NCBI GenBank assembly: GCA_030599585.1
Contig: JAUVNS010000028.1
Location: 1-39,207 of the forward strand
Source: Promethearchaeota archaeon
Lineage (GTDB): Archaea > Asgardarchaeota > Lokiarchaeia > Sigyniarchaeales > SOKP01
Direction: 5' to 3'
DNA length: 39,207 nt
The notes beneath the pieces were generated by a model. The model ran no database searches, had not been told where the DNA came from, and worked only from the letters and a program-made list of their open reading frames with translations. Shown here piece by piece: positions 19,406 through 27,683 of this stretch (position 1 is its first letter; each line of letters starts with the position of its first letter). Made by a program: the position numbers and the translations under genes.

Positions 19406-21244
19406 TTATAAATCATCTAAACCTAAATATTTAAGTTTTTCTTGATTTGGATACCCTGATTCTTTATCGAAGTGTCGATATTCGTAATAAGCATCTTTTA
19501 ACTGTTGAAAGTTCGGTGTTTTTCCTGCTGAACCTCCTTCATTAACGGGATTAAGTACGATCTTTGGTAACCTATCATCTGCAGGAGTGAGTCCCATTTT
19601 TAAGTTGAACAATCTTTTAATCATGTATAAGCGTTCTCCCAACTTTTTAAATTCCTCCATAGATAGATTTAATCCAGTTGCTTTTGTTACCATATCTAGA
19701 ATCATCTCGGCTGGAGGATTAGCAAACGTGCAAATAATTAACGAAGCGTATAACGCACGATAATCTTGAATACGTGCACAAAATTCAGCCATTGGTCCAT
19801 CATCTTGATACCAATCAACATTTAATTCGATACCATATCCACTAAGTGGGTAGCCCAGTAATACAATATAGGCATCACATGAAGTATGACAAGGTCCTCG
19901 AGGGGTAGCTAAGGCATAACCCGCAGCCATTCCGTACATACGTCGTAAATCATGGTAGGGTATTTCCATTCCATAAACCGTGGCGATATCGTCTTGAGGA
20001 ATATTAAATTTTTTTCCAACAAAATCAGAACCTTCAGCCATTATATCACCAATTCCTTCCCTTAGGGCAATTTTTTTTATTAATTCGAGAGCAGGATTAA
20101 TTTCACCCCATCTTGGTTCTAACCCGTTCAGATCTTCTGCATTAATTCTTCCTGTGTCGAAAAGATCATAAATAAACGATATTGTACTACTCCCACTTAT
20201 AGTATCGATTCCATAATCATTACATAAGTAATTTGCTCTTTGAATTCCTCCGAGGTCGTTGTTCAAGATCATGGATCCAAATCCAGCTACAGTTTCATAT
20301 TCAGCAGCTTCTATTTCACCATCAGTTTTATATTCCCCTTCATCAATTTTCACCCTCTTTGAACAACCTATAGGACATGCATAGCAGGGATAACTTCCGG
20401 TGAACATTGTTTCGAATGCTGTAGAGCCCGATATGTTAAAAGCGCCTTCCCAAGTTCCTTGTTTCCAGTACTTAATTGGTAGTTCGCCTGAGGCATTGTA
20501 CATGTCAACCCCACTTGATGTTCCTAGATCTCCAAACATTTCTGTCATAAAAGCAGAATTTATGTGATCAACCGTTGTTTTTACTGCTTTCTTATAACCT
20601 TCAGGGTCAAATGTATTATAACTCCTCTTTTTTCCTCTTACTGTAATCGCCTTCAATTTTTTTGACCCCATTACAGCCCCCATACCTGTCCTCCCGGCAG
20701 CTTTATCTTCGGAAGCAATAATAGCGTATTTTACAAGGTTTTCACCGGCTTGCCCTATACACGCAACTCGAGTTAATGGTGAACCTGATTTCTCCTTCAA
20801 TATTTTAGAAGTCTCAAATATACCCTTCCCCCACAAGTCCGAAGCATCCTTGATCTCTGCTTTATTCTCGTTTATTTCTAAAAAAACGGGACTATCCGAC
20901 GAACCTTTAATTACAATCCCATCGTAACCTGTCTTTCTTAATTCTGGACCGAAAAAACCTCCACAATTAGACTCCCCCCATATTCCTGTCAAGGGAGATT
21001 TAGCACAAACAACGAATCTACCACTTGTAGGCGCGTTTGAACCGCATAAAAGACCCGTCATAAACATTAATGTGTTCTCTGGTGAAAGAGGGTCAGTATT
21101 TTTGTCAATCTTGTCAAATAAATATTTACAAGCATATCCAGCACCTCCAAGGAAGTTCTCGGCAATTGAATCATCAATTTTTTCCTCACTTATCTCTTTG
21201 CTGCTTAGATTTACTACCAAAAGTTTTCCTTCAAAACCTTTCAT
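19406..21244 (-). CDS. aor: Aldehyde:ferredoxin oxidoreductase (W/Mo-pterin AOR family)
   Basis: KSPLTG, AGRTGMGAVMGSK.LKAI, CYACPIGC, EYET, C..YG.DTIS, GPCH, DDRLP. Confidence 0.93.
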   Translation of the reverse strand: MKGFEGKLLVVNLSSKEISEEKIDDSIAENFLGGAGYACKYLFDKIDKNTDPLSPENTLMFMTGLLCGSNAPTSGRFVVCAKSPLTGIWGESNCGGFFGPELRKTGYDGIVIKGSSDSPVFLEINENKAEIKDASDLWGKGIFETSKILKEKSGSPLTRVACIGQAGENLVKYAIIASEDKAAGRTGMGAVMGSKKLKAITVRGKKRSYNTFDPEGYKKAVKTTVDHINSAFMTEMFGDLGTSSGVDMYNASGELPIKYWKQGTWEGAFNISGSTAFETMFTGSYPCYACPIGCSKRVKIDEGEYKTDGEIEAAEYETVAGFGSMILNNDLGGIQRANYLCNDYGIDTISGSSTISFIYDLFDTGRINAEDLNGLEPRWGEINPALELIKKIALREGIGDIMAEGSDFVGKKFNIPQDDIATVYGMEIPYHDLRRMYGMAAGYALATPRGPCHTSCDAYIVLLGYPLSGYGIELNVDWYQDDGPMAEFCARIQDYRALYASLIICTFANPPAEMILDMVTKATGLNLSMEEFKKLGERLYMIKRLFNLKMGLTPADDRLPKIVLNPVNEGGSAGKTPNFQQLKDAYYEYRHFDKESGYPNQEKLKYLGLDDL

Positions 21245-21351
21245 TTTAATACCATTTTAAGATTTTTTATTTTATCCTTATTTTATTCGAATATAACTAT
21301 ATTTGAAATTAGTAAGAGTTCATTTATATTTTCCTAAAAAAGCGATACCTT

Positions 21352-23082
21352 CTATTTGAATATCTTCACTTCACGAGCTTCTAATTTCTCAAGAGAAGCA
21401 GGAAATTTTTTCAAGTTATTACGTTCAATATTTAAGTACTGAAGAGAAGAAAGTGATTCTATTGATTTTGGTATGTGGTTAATGAAATTCGTTCTTAAAA
21501 ATAAATATTTCAAGGACTTGAGATTTCCAATAGAATCAGGTATTTCTGTGAGTTTGTTGTTGCCCAAATAAAGATATTTTAAATTTTTTAAATCCCCGAT
21601 TGTATCAGGAATTTCTTTCAAATTGTTATAATAAAGATATAGTCTTTTAAGAGATTGTAAAAATCCAATCGAATCGGGAATTTTGTTGATAGTATTTTTA
21701 CCTAAATCTAAGTTTTCTAAAGTTGTTAAAAAACCTATACTATTTGGTACTGTTTCAAGGCGATTAAATCCTAAAACTAAGTTTTTTATTAGGGGTAAGT
21801 TTCCTATGGATGGTGTTAATTCCCTTAATTTATTAGTAGAAATATCTAGTTCTTTTAATGTTTCCAATGATCCTAATGAATTTGGTAATACTGTCAAGTT
21901 ATTTTTACTTAAATCTAATATTTCAAGAGATTTTAAGTTCCCAAGAGAATCAGGAAGAGATTTTAATTTGTTATCATATAAATCTAACTCCTTTAAGGAT
22001 GAAAGATCTCCAATCGAGTCGGGTAACAATTCAAGCTCGTTACGATCAATTTTTAATGTTTCGAGAGTTATTAATTCGCAAATCGAATCTGGTAATTTTT
22101 TAAGCATATTTCTATCTAATTTTAGTGTTTTAACCGCGCATAACGACTCGAGTTCAGGCAGTGATGTTAATTGATTATTTATTATTTCTAATTTAATAAG
22201 AGATTTAAGTGAGTTAATGGATTTGGGTAGCTCAGTAAGGTAATTGGATGAAAGATTTAAGTTTTCTAGCGATTCTAGATATCCTATCGACTCCGGGAGA
22301 ACAGGAAGCTTATTAGACATTAGTCCTAAATATTTAAGGTTTTTCAAGTTTCCTATCGAATTTGGTAGGTAAGTAAGATTATTTCCTTTTAAGAAAAGAG
22401 ACGATAAAGAAGTTAAATTTCCTATTGAATTTGGTAATTTACTTAATTTATTATTTCTCAAATTTAATCTCTTTAAAGAATGTAATGACCCAATAGCTTC
22501 AGGTAAATGATCCAGGTTGTTATTTCCTAAATATAACAGTTTTAAAGATTTTAATTCTTTAATAGAGTCTGGAAGCTCGTTTAACATGTTATAACTCAGA
22601 TCTAAAGATACCAAGTTTTTAAATGCCCCAATTGTATCAGGTATTTTGTAAAGAGAGTTTTCACTCAGATCTAATAGAGTAAGGCAAGTTAATGAGCTTA
22701 TAGTATCAGGCAATATGGTTAAACGATTGGTTTCTAAATGCAATTCTTTTAATGAAGAAAGAGAATAAATTGCTTTTGGTAATTTTACTAACCTATTTTC
22801 ACTTAAATCTAAAGTATCAAGGGAAGGAATAAAACAAATCTCTTCGGGTATAACTTTTAGCTTATTACCTCTTAGTAGAATTTTCCTTAATCGAGTAAGA
22901 GTAGTGATTTTCTCGGGTATTATTGTTAATCCACAAGAAAATAGACTTAAGCCTTCTACATGGTTATCTCTAACTGTGTATCCAAACGTATAACTTTGAA
23001 GTTCTGAAACTTCTGGTATAGACAGGCCTATTAGTTTTTCTAAGTAATTAAGAAATTTGCGTTCTTCCTCACTAATTGGCAT
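21352..23082 (-). CDS. Leucine-rich repeat protein (about 23 repeats of 23 aa), no effector domain
   Basis: Consensus LxLxxNxLxxLPxSIGxLxxLxx throughout. The ATG at 23082 follows GGAG and is preferred over the TTG at 23094. Confidence 0.93.
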   Translation of the reverse strand: MPISEEERKFLNYLEKLIGLSIPEVSELQSYTFGYTVRDNHVEGLSLFSCGLTIIPEKITTLTRLRKILLRGNKLKVIPEEICFIPSLDTLDLSENRLVKLPKAIYSLSSLKELHLETNRLTILPDTISSLTCLTLLDLSENSLYKIPDTIGAFKNLVSLDLSYNMLNELPDSIKELKSLKLLYLGNNNLDHLPEAIGSLHSLKRLNLRNNKLSKLPNSIGNLTSLSSLFLKGNNLTYLPNSIGNLKNLKYLGLMSNKLPVLPESIGYLESLENLNLSSNYLTELPKSINSLKSLIKLEIINNQLTSLPELESLCAVKTLKLDRNMLKKLPDSICELITLETLKIDRNELELLPDSIGDLSSLKELDLYDNKLKSLPDSLGNLKSLEILDLSKNNLTVLPNSLGSLETLKELDISTNKLRELTPSIGNLPLIKNLVLGFNRLETVPNSIGFLTTLENLDLGKNTINKIPDSIGFLQSLKRLYLYYNNLKEIPDTIGDLKNLKYLYLGNNKLTEIPDSIGNLKSLKYLFLRTNFINHIPKSIESLSSLQYLNIERNNLKKFPASLEKLEAREVKIFK

Positions 23083-23201
23083 GAAAATCTCCAAATACGT
23101 TATTCATTCATTAGATTATTAATAAATAGTCTAAAAAAGTAATAGAAAAGGGTATATATATGGTTTAACATTTCGACAATTTTGATTTAGGAAAAACAAT
23201 G

Positions 23202-23212
23202 AAAAAAAAAAA
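23202..23212 (-). terminator. Oligo-T terminator candidate for the ADH gene
   Basis: A11 on the + strand, about 35 nt past the ADH stop. Confidence 0.45.
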
Positions 23213-23246
23213 TAGTTGTTAAAATTGAATTTGAAAGAAATAAAGC

Positions 23247-24449
23247 TCAGAAATCAACATCTTTTCCTTCGTAAGCGTATTGGTATAATTTAGCAAAATG
23301 TTTTTGCTCACTATTCGTTGCTCTTGGAGTAAGAACAGAACTCGCGTCTTGATAACATAAATTAACTAAACTATCCAAATCTTTTTCAAAGTCCTCTTTT
23401 GACACACCAGTTTCTTTAAGAGTTGAAGGAAAATTAACCTCCTTTTGTAGCTCAACCAATTTTTCTATAACTTTATTAGCAGCTTTTTTGGAATCTTCAG
23501 TCCAAGGAACCCATCCTAATTGTTTTGCTAGTTTTGCATAAATTTCAATCGCATCAAATTTATCTGGATCATTTAAAATAAACTGAGTAACATATTTCAA
23601 CACAATTCCTACACTTTTGCCATGATGGACATGATACATCGAACCCCACGAATGCCCAAGTGTGTGTCCTATATGTACTTGTCCATTTCCAAAAGCTAGT
23701 CCTGCAATGGTAGCAGCCTGATGAAGAAAGTCTCTTGCTTCTTGATTTTTTCCGTCCTTATAAATTATAGGTAAATATTTAAAGATTAGTTCGATTGCTT
23801 TTAGTGCTAAAGCATCACTAAATTCATTTCTCCATAAAGTTCCTAAACCTTCGATAGCATGAGCTAGAGCATCAAAAGCAGTGTCAACTGTTAGTTCTGT
23901 AGGCATGCCAGTTGGAAAAATTGGGTCTACTATAGCGTAGGTTGGTATTAGACCTCTATGAAGATAGAAGTACTTCTTCCATATCTCATCTTCATAGCGA
24001 GAAATTACAGTTACAAATGTTGTTTCTGCTCCTGTTCCAGAAGTCGTAGGAATCGCAACCATCTTTGCTTTTTTGCCCATATCATATAGATCATTTCTAA
24101 ATGTATGAATGTCATCAAGTGCAAAGTCGGGAAATTCATAAAGACACCAAACCACTTTAGCAGTATCCATAACTGAACCACCACCTAACGCAATAATAAT
24201 ATCAGGAGAATAACTTAAACACTGTTCTCGAGCTTTTAGAACGCCTTCTTCTCTTGGATCTGGGACAACATCGTCAAAAACTTCATATTGCTTTCCAGAT
24301 TTATCAAGGGTGTCAGTTAGAATTTTCAAATATCCTAAACCTTTTACAACTTTATCAGTAATTATAAAGCATTTACCACCTGAGATATTTTCCATAAAAT
24401 CTAAGGAATCAGGTCCGTAGATTATATTAGGGGAAAAGAAAAACCACAT
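23247..24449 (-). CDS. Iron-containing alcohol dehydrogenase
   Basis: ALGGGSVMDTAK, IPTTSGTGAE, DALAHAIE, H.LGH, HGKSV; GGTGA Shine-Dalgarno-like motif upstream. Confidence 0.94.
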   Translation of the reverse strand: MWFFFSPNIIYGPDSLDFMENISGGKCFIITDKVVKGLGYLKILTDTLDKSGKQYEVFDDVVPDPREEGVLKAREQCLSYSPDIIIALGGGSVMDTAKVVWCLYEFPDFALDDIHTFRNDLYDMGKKAKMVAIPTTSGTGAETTFVTVISRYEDEIWKKYFYLHRGLIPTYAIVDPIFPTGMPTELTVDTAFDALAHAIEGLGTLWRNEFSDALALKAIELIFKYLPIIYKDGKNQEARDFLHQAATIAGLAFGNGQVHIGHTLGHSWGSMYHVHHGKSVGIVLKYVTQFILNDPDKFDAIEIYAKLAKQLGWVPWTEDSKKAANKVIEKLVELQKEVNFPSTLKETGVSKEDFEKDLDSLVNLCYQDASSVLTPRATNSEQKHFAKLYQYAYEGKDVDF

Positions 24450-24603
24450 TTTATAGATTCACCATCTAATTATTTAATATTTTTATAAATTAAATTTCTA
24501 TTTTTATAGATTAATAATACTTATATTTTTTTAGAATAAATAAATTATTAACAGTTAAAGAAAAATAAAACCTCTATGGTCTTAAAGAAAAGGGTATAAA
24601 ATC

Positions 24604-25032
24604 ATGGAAGATTCTGAAAAAGAAAACTTATTTATTACTTTTAAGGGCGTTATCGAAAGTATAATCATAGATAAACGCAGAAATCCAAAGAACAATAAAA
24701 CACTTGATAATTTTCAAGCAAAGTTAAACATGGGGCTTCAAACTGAAGATGAATTTTACTTATGGGTTAATCTTACTGCCGAGAATGGGAAATACACCCT
24801 TGGTAAAGGAAAATTGGAAGAATACGATTTAGAGATAATGGCAACTCCAGAAGATTTGATGGGGTTTTCTAGCGGTGAAAACTCAACGCTCCATATGATG
24901 TTGAAAAAGAATATATACGGATTTAAAAAGTTAAGATATGATAAAAGCAGCGATGGAAAAAGAAACTTTGGGATTTTGTTAAAACTACCTAAAGTCCTCG
25001 TGCTAGACAAGATCAAACTACCCAAAAAATAG
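24604..25032 (+). CDS. Hypothetical protein, possibly a divergent SCP2 lipid-binding fold
   Basis: Size and pattern (GKLEEYDLEIMATPEDL...SGE......M) resemble SCP2; divergent from the ADH gene. Confidence 0.55.
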   Translation: MEDSEKENLFITFKGVIESIIIDKRRNPKNNKTLDNFQAKLNMGLQTEDEFYLWVNLTAENGKYTLGKGKLEEYDLEIMATPEDLMGFSSGENSTLHMMLKKNIYGFKKLRYDKSSDGKRNFGILLKLPKVLVLDKIKLPKK

Positions 25033-25061
25033 CATATCAAAAAATCCTATAAATAACCTAA

Positions 25062-25688
25062 CTAATATTTTTGTATAGTTTTATTTTTGAAAATGAAACT
25101 ATACTTTTTTTCTCTCAACTCAGATGACCTAATTTCATATTGATGCAGAGACACATCAATTTCTCCCGTTTTTTCATCTAGAAACAAAACAATAATAGAT
25201 GGATTTCTACTTGCAACAAATGACCATGCTCCGGTGACGCTTCCAGGGTTCAATAATAACACTCCAATATTTGTTAGAACAACTTCTTCCTTATGTGTGT
25301 GACCCGATATTAGTACGTTATAGATGTTGTCAATTGCGAGAGTTTCAAGCTGAGCTTGATCTCCCCTTGGATTGATTTGATGACCATGTGTTGAGCCAAC
25401 TATCAAATTTTCTTTGGTTTCTAAGGATATCTGGATGTGTTGATGAATTGGAGCATTTCGGTTTCCACCATAGTAATCCATATTTCCAATTACAGCTAAT
25501 ACTTCGTTCTTTGTTATTTTTTTAAGATAATTCATAAATCTTGGCGCTTTAACAACATCGCCAGTAAAAAAAGTATAATCGAACTTTCCATTTAATACAC
25601 TCTTTTCTAGCACTTCACAAATTTGAATTGGAATATTTTTGGCTCTGCGAGGTATATGTGAATCACCAATTGCCAATATCTTTATCAT
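25062..25688 (-). CDS. Vps29/MJ0936(YfcE)-family metallophosphoesterase
   Basis: GDSHIPRR, TGD, GNMD, HGHQI.P.GD, LISGHTH, NPGSVTGA. Confidence 0.9.
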   Translation of the reverse strand: MIKILAIGDSHIPRRAKNIPIQICEVLEKSVLNGKFDYTFFTGDVVKAPRFMNYLKKITKNEVLAVIGNMDYYGGNRNAPIHQHIQISLETKENLIVGSTHGHQINPRGDQAQLETLAIDNIYNVLISGHTHKEEVVLTNIGVLLLNPGSVTGAWSFVASRNPSIIVLFLDEKTGEIDVSLHQYEIRSSELREKKYSFIFKNKTIQKY

Positions 25689-25727
25689 AAGTAGTTCGAA
25701 AATATTTAAGTCGTAGGAAAAATCTAA

Positions 25728-26864
25728 TTAACGAGTAATTATTAGTTCTTCTAATTCCTTTTTCATTTTTTGAATGTGAGGTTTCTCAAAATGCTTTCTA
25801 ACTGGTTCTAATATTTCAGTTATCTTATTTGCCACTCCAATTTTTAGATCAAGAGGATGCAAGCTTTTTGATAAGAATGCTTTCTCTAGTTCTGTATAAG
25901 AATTGAATTCAATGTCTCCACCAAATTTTGGTTTTCTTTCTATTAGAATTTTTGAATCTTTATTTCGAAAAATCACAGATTTTGCCCAATCTAAAATTGG
26001 ATTAACGGTAACATTTCCTTCTGGACAAAATGCGTTCTTAACTTTACTTTTTATTTCTTCTGGAGTATCGTTAACAAATACCGCCGAATTTGGTATTGAT
26101 TTACTCATTTTCATATCTGACCACATTTCTTGAAGTTGAGTTTGATCTTCAATGGGCCAGATTGCAGGTTTTGTCAATCCAAGTATTAAATGATGATGAA
26201 CGCATATGGGCTTTATCGTTTCTCCGTTGTTGTTTACAAGGTTGTTTTTTTTCATTTTTAAAGCAACATCTCGAGCTACAACATGTGCTTTTCTCTGATC
26301 ATATCCTGCATGAGCTAAATTAACATTTTGTATAAAAATATCAGCAACTTGCATAGCTGGATACAATAATTTAGCGAAATCAACGCCCTCACCTAATTTT
26401 CGTCCCATTATCGTGATACTTCTGTGCATTCTGTTGAGAGTTGTGTTTTTACATACATCAATAAATGTCTCCCAGTACTTGTCGTTATTGTGATAAAGCT
26501 CTGTCCCTAAAGTAAATTTAACTTTCTCTGCGTCAGCCCCAACAGCTCTCAAGCAAGCTTTTAACCCTTCTTTAAAATAACCAGTAGCAATTTTTTGAAT
26601 TTGTTCTAAATCTCCGCCTAATTTATCGTTTATCCAACTATGCCAATCAGCTAGGAATACTGAACATTTGACCCCAGCATCTAAGAAATCTTTTATTTTT
26701 GACATACACACAATACCAGTCCCTAAATGAACCTTTCCAGAGATTTCAAATCCAATATAATGATTTAATGGCACTCCCGATTCCAAATATTGCTTTAAAT
26801 TGTCCTCAGTTAAAACTTCTTCAGTTCCTCGTTTAATTAATTCAAATCGTTCTGAGACATCCAT
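25728..26864 (-). CDS. tyrS: Tyrosine--tRNA ligase (archaeal type)
   Basis: YIGFEISG.VHLG, LADWH, YPAMQVAD, G.DQRK, KMSKS, HPLDLK. Confidence 0.97.
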   Translation of the reverse strand: MDVSERFELIKRGTEEVLTEDNLKQYLESGVPLNHYIGFEISGKVHLGTGIVCMSKIKDFLDAGVKCSVFLADWHSWINDKLGGDLEQIQKIATGYFKEGLKACLRAVGADAEKVKFTLGTELYHNNDKYWETFIDVCKNTTLNRMHRSITIMGRKLGEGVDFAKLLYPAMQVADIFIQNVNLAHAGYDQRKAHVVARDVALKMKKNNLVNNNGETIKPICVHHHLILGLTKPAIWPIEDQTQLQEMWSDMKMSKSIPNSAVFVNDTPEEIKSKVKNAFCPEGNVTVNPILDWAKSVIFRNKDSKILIERKPKFGGDIEFNSYTELEKAFLSKSLHPLDLKIGVANKITEILEPVRKHFEKPHIQKMKKELEELIITR

Positions 26865-26944
26865 GAGTATAAATAAAATTAGAAGATTTAATTATTTTAT
26901 TACTGAAGAAATTGCGTTTTGTACTGGAGAATAATATACATCCT

Positions 26945-27616
26945 CTAAATTCTAATTTTTTGTATTATATAAATGATTACGAATTTACCGGGGATAGTTT
27001 CGACTGATACAGAATTAGATTTTATGTAAGTGTTAGGGTCTACGTACTCAATTTCATAGCCATATGCTTCGTTCTCACTTTCAATAGTCTCTTTACTCCA
27101 TTCTATTGCGCATATTACTCCATCTGGAGTTAAAACCCGTAAGCATTCTTTTAAAGCGATGTCTCTATTACGAACATGCTGTAGTGTATCATACATAAAT
27201 ATTCCATCAAATGACTCACTAACAAAGGGCAGTTTTTCAACATTGAAATGTTGATATTTAATCCTATCTAACACACCGAGTTTTTTAGCAGACACTTTCC
27301 AATCTCCCCAATATTCCCAATATTCCTTCACAGTGTCTTCATGATGTCCTTCATGATATGCTTTGCTGCAATGCCCATGGTTATGACTGTGGTTATGATT
27401 ATTCAAGTGATCTGTCTCGTGGTCTATCTTGGGTTCTCCAGTTAAAACATTCAAATTATTGAGCGCAAGCAATATCGACATAGCTCCAATCCCAGTGCCG
27501 ATGTCGATTATCTTAGAATCAGGATGTAAATTTAATTTTTTAATGGTTTTATCGATAAAATCAATATCTTTAAGAAAATCTTTATGAATGACTTCTTTAT
27601 ATTTTTCTAAACTCAT
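26945..27616 (-). CDS. Class I SAM-dependent methyltransferase with His-rich insertion
   Basis: IIDIGTGIG, LPF..ESFD, LQHV, ECLRVLTPDG. Confidence 0.88.
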   Translation of the reverse strand: MSLEKYKEVIHKDFLKDIDFIDKTIKKLNLHPDSKIIDIGTGIGAMSILLALNNLNVLTGEPKIDHETDHLNNHNHSHNHGHCSKAYHEGHHEDTVKEYWEYWGDWKVSAKKLGVLDRIKYQHFNVEKLPFVSESFDGIFMYDTLQHVRNRDIALKECLRVLTPDGVICAIEWSKETIESENEAYGYEIEYVDPNTYIKSNSVSVETIPGKFVIIYIIQKIRI

Positions 27617-27683
27617 ATTATATTCAAAGAAAGGTTTATTGATTCTAAATAGGAAGATAAATAGTAGAAAGAGTTGTTAGTTC

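Noticed and set aside
21683-22174. 163-aa and 81-aa + strand ORFs with apparent periodicity
   Set aside because: The periodicity only mirrors the LRR codons on the opposite strand.
531-26323. Other short overlapping ORFs in the track (531, 3530, 4701, 5813, 6964, 13351, 14802, 17062, 21072, 24756, 25903, 26090)
   Set aside because: All are nested in or almost entirely overlap confident genes on the opposite strand, with no independent coding signal.
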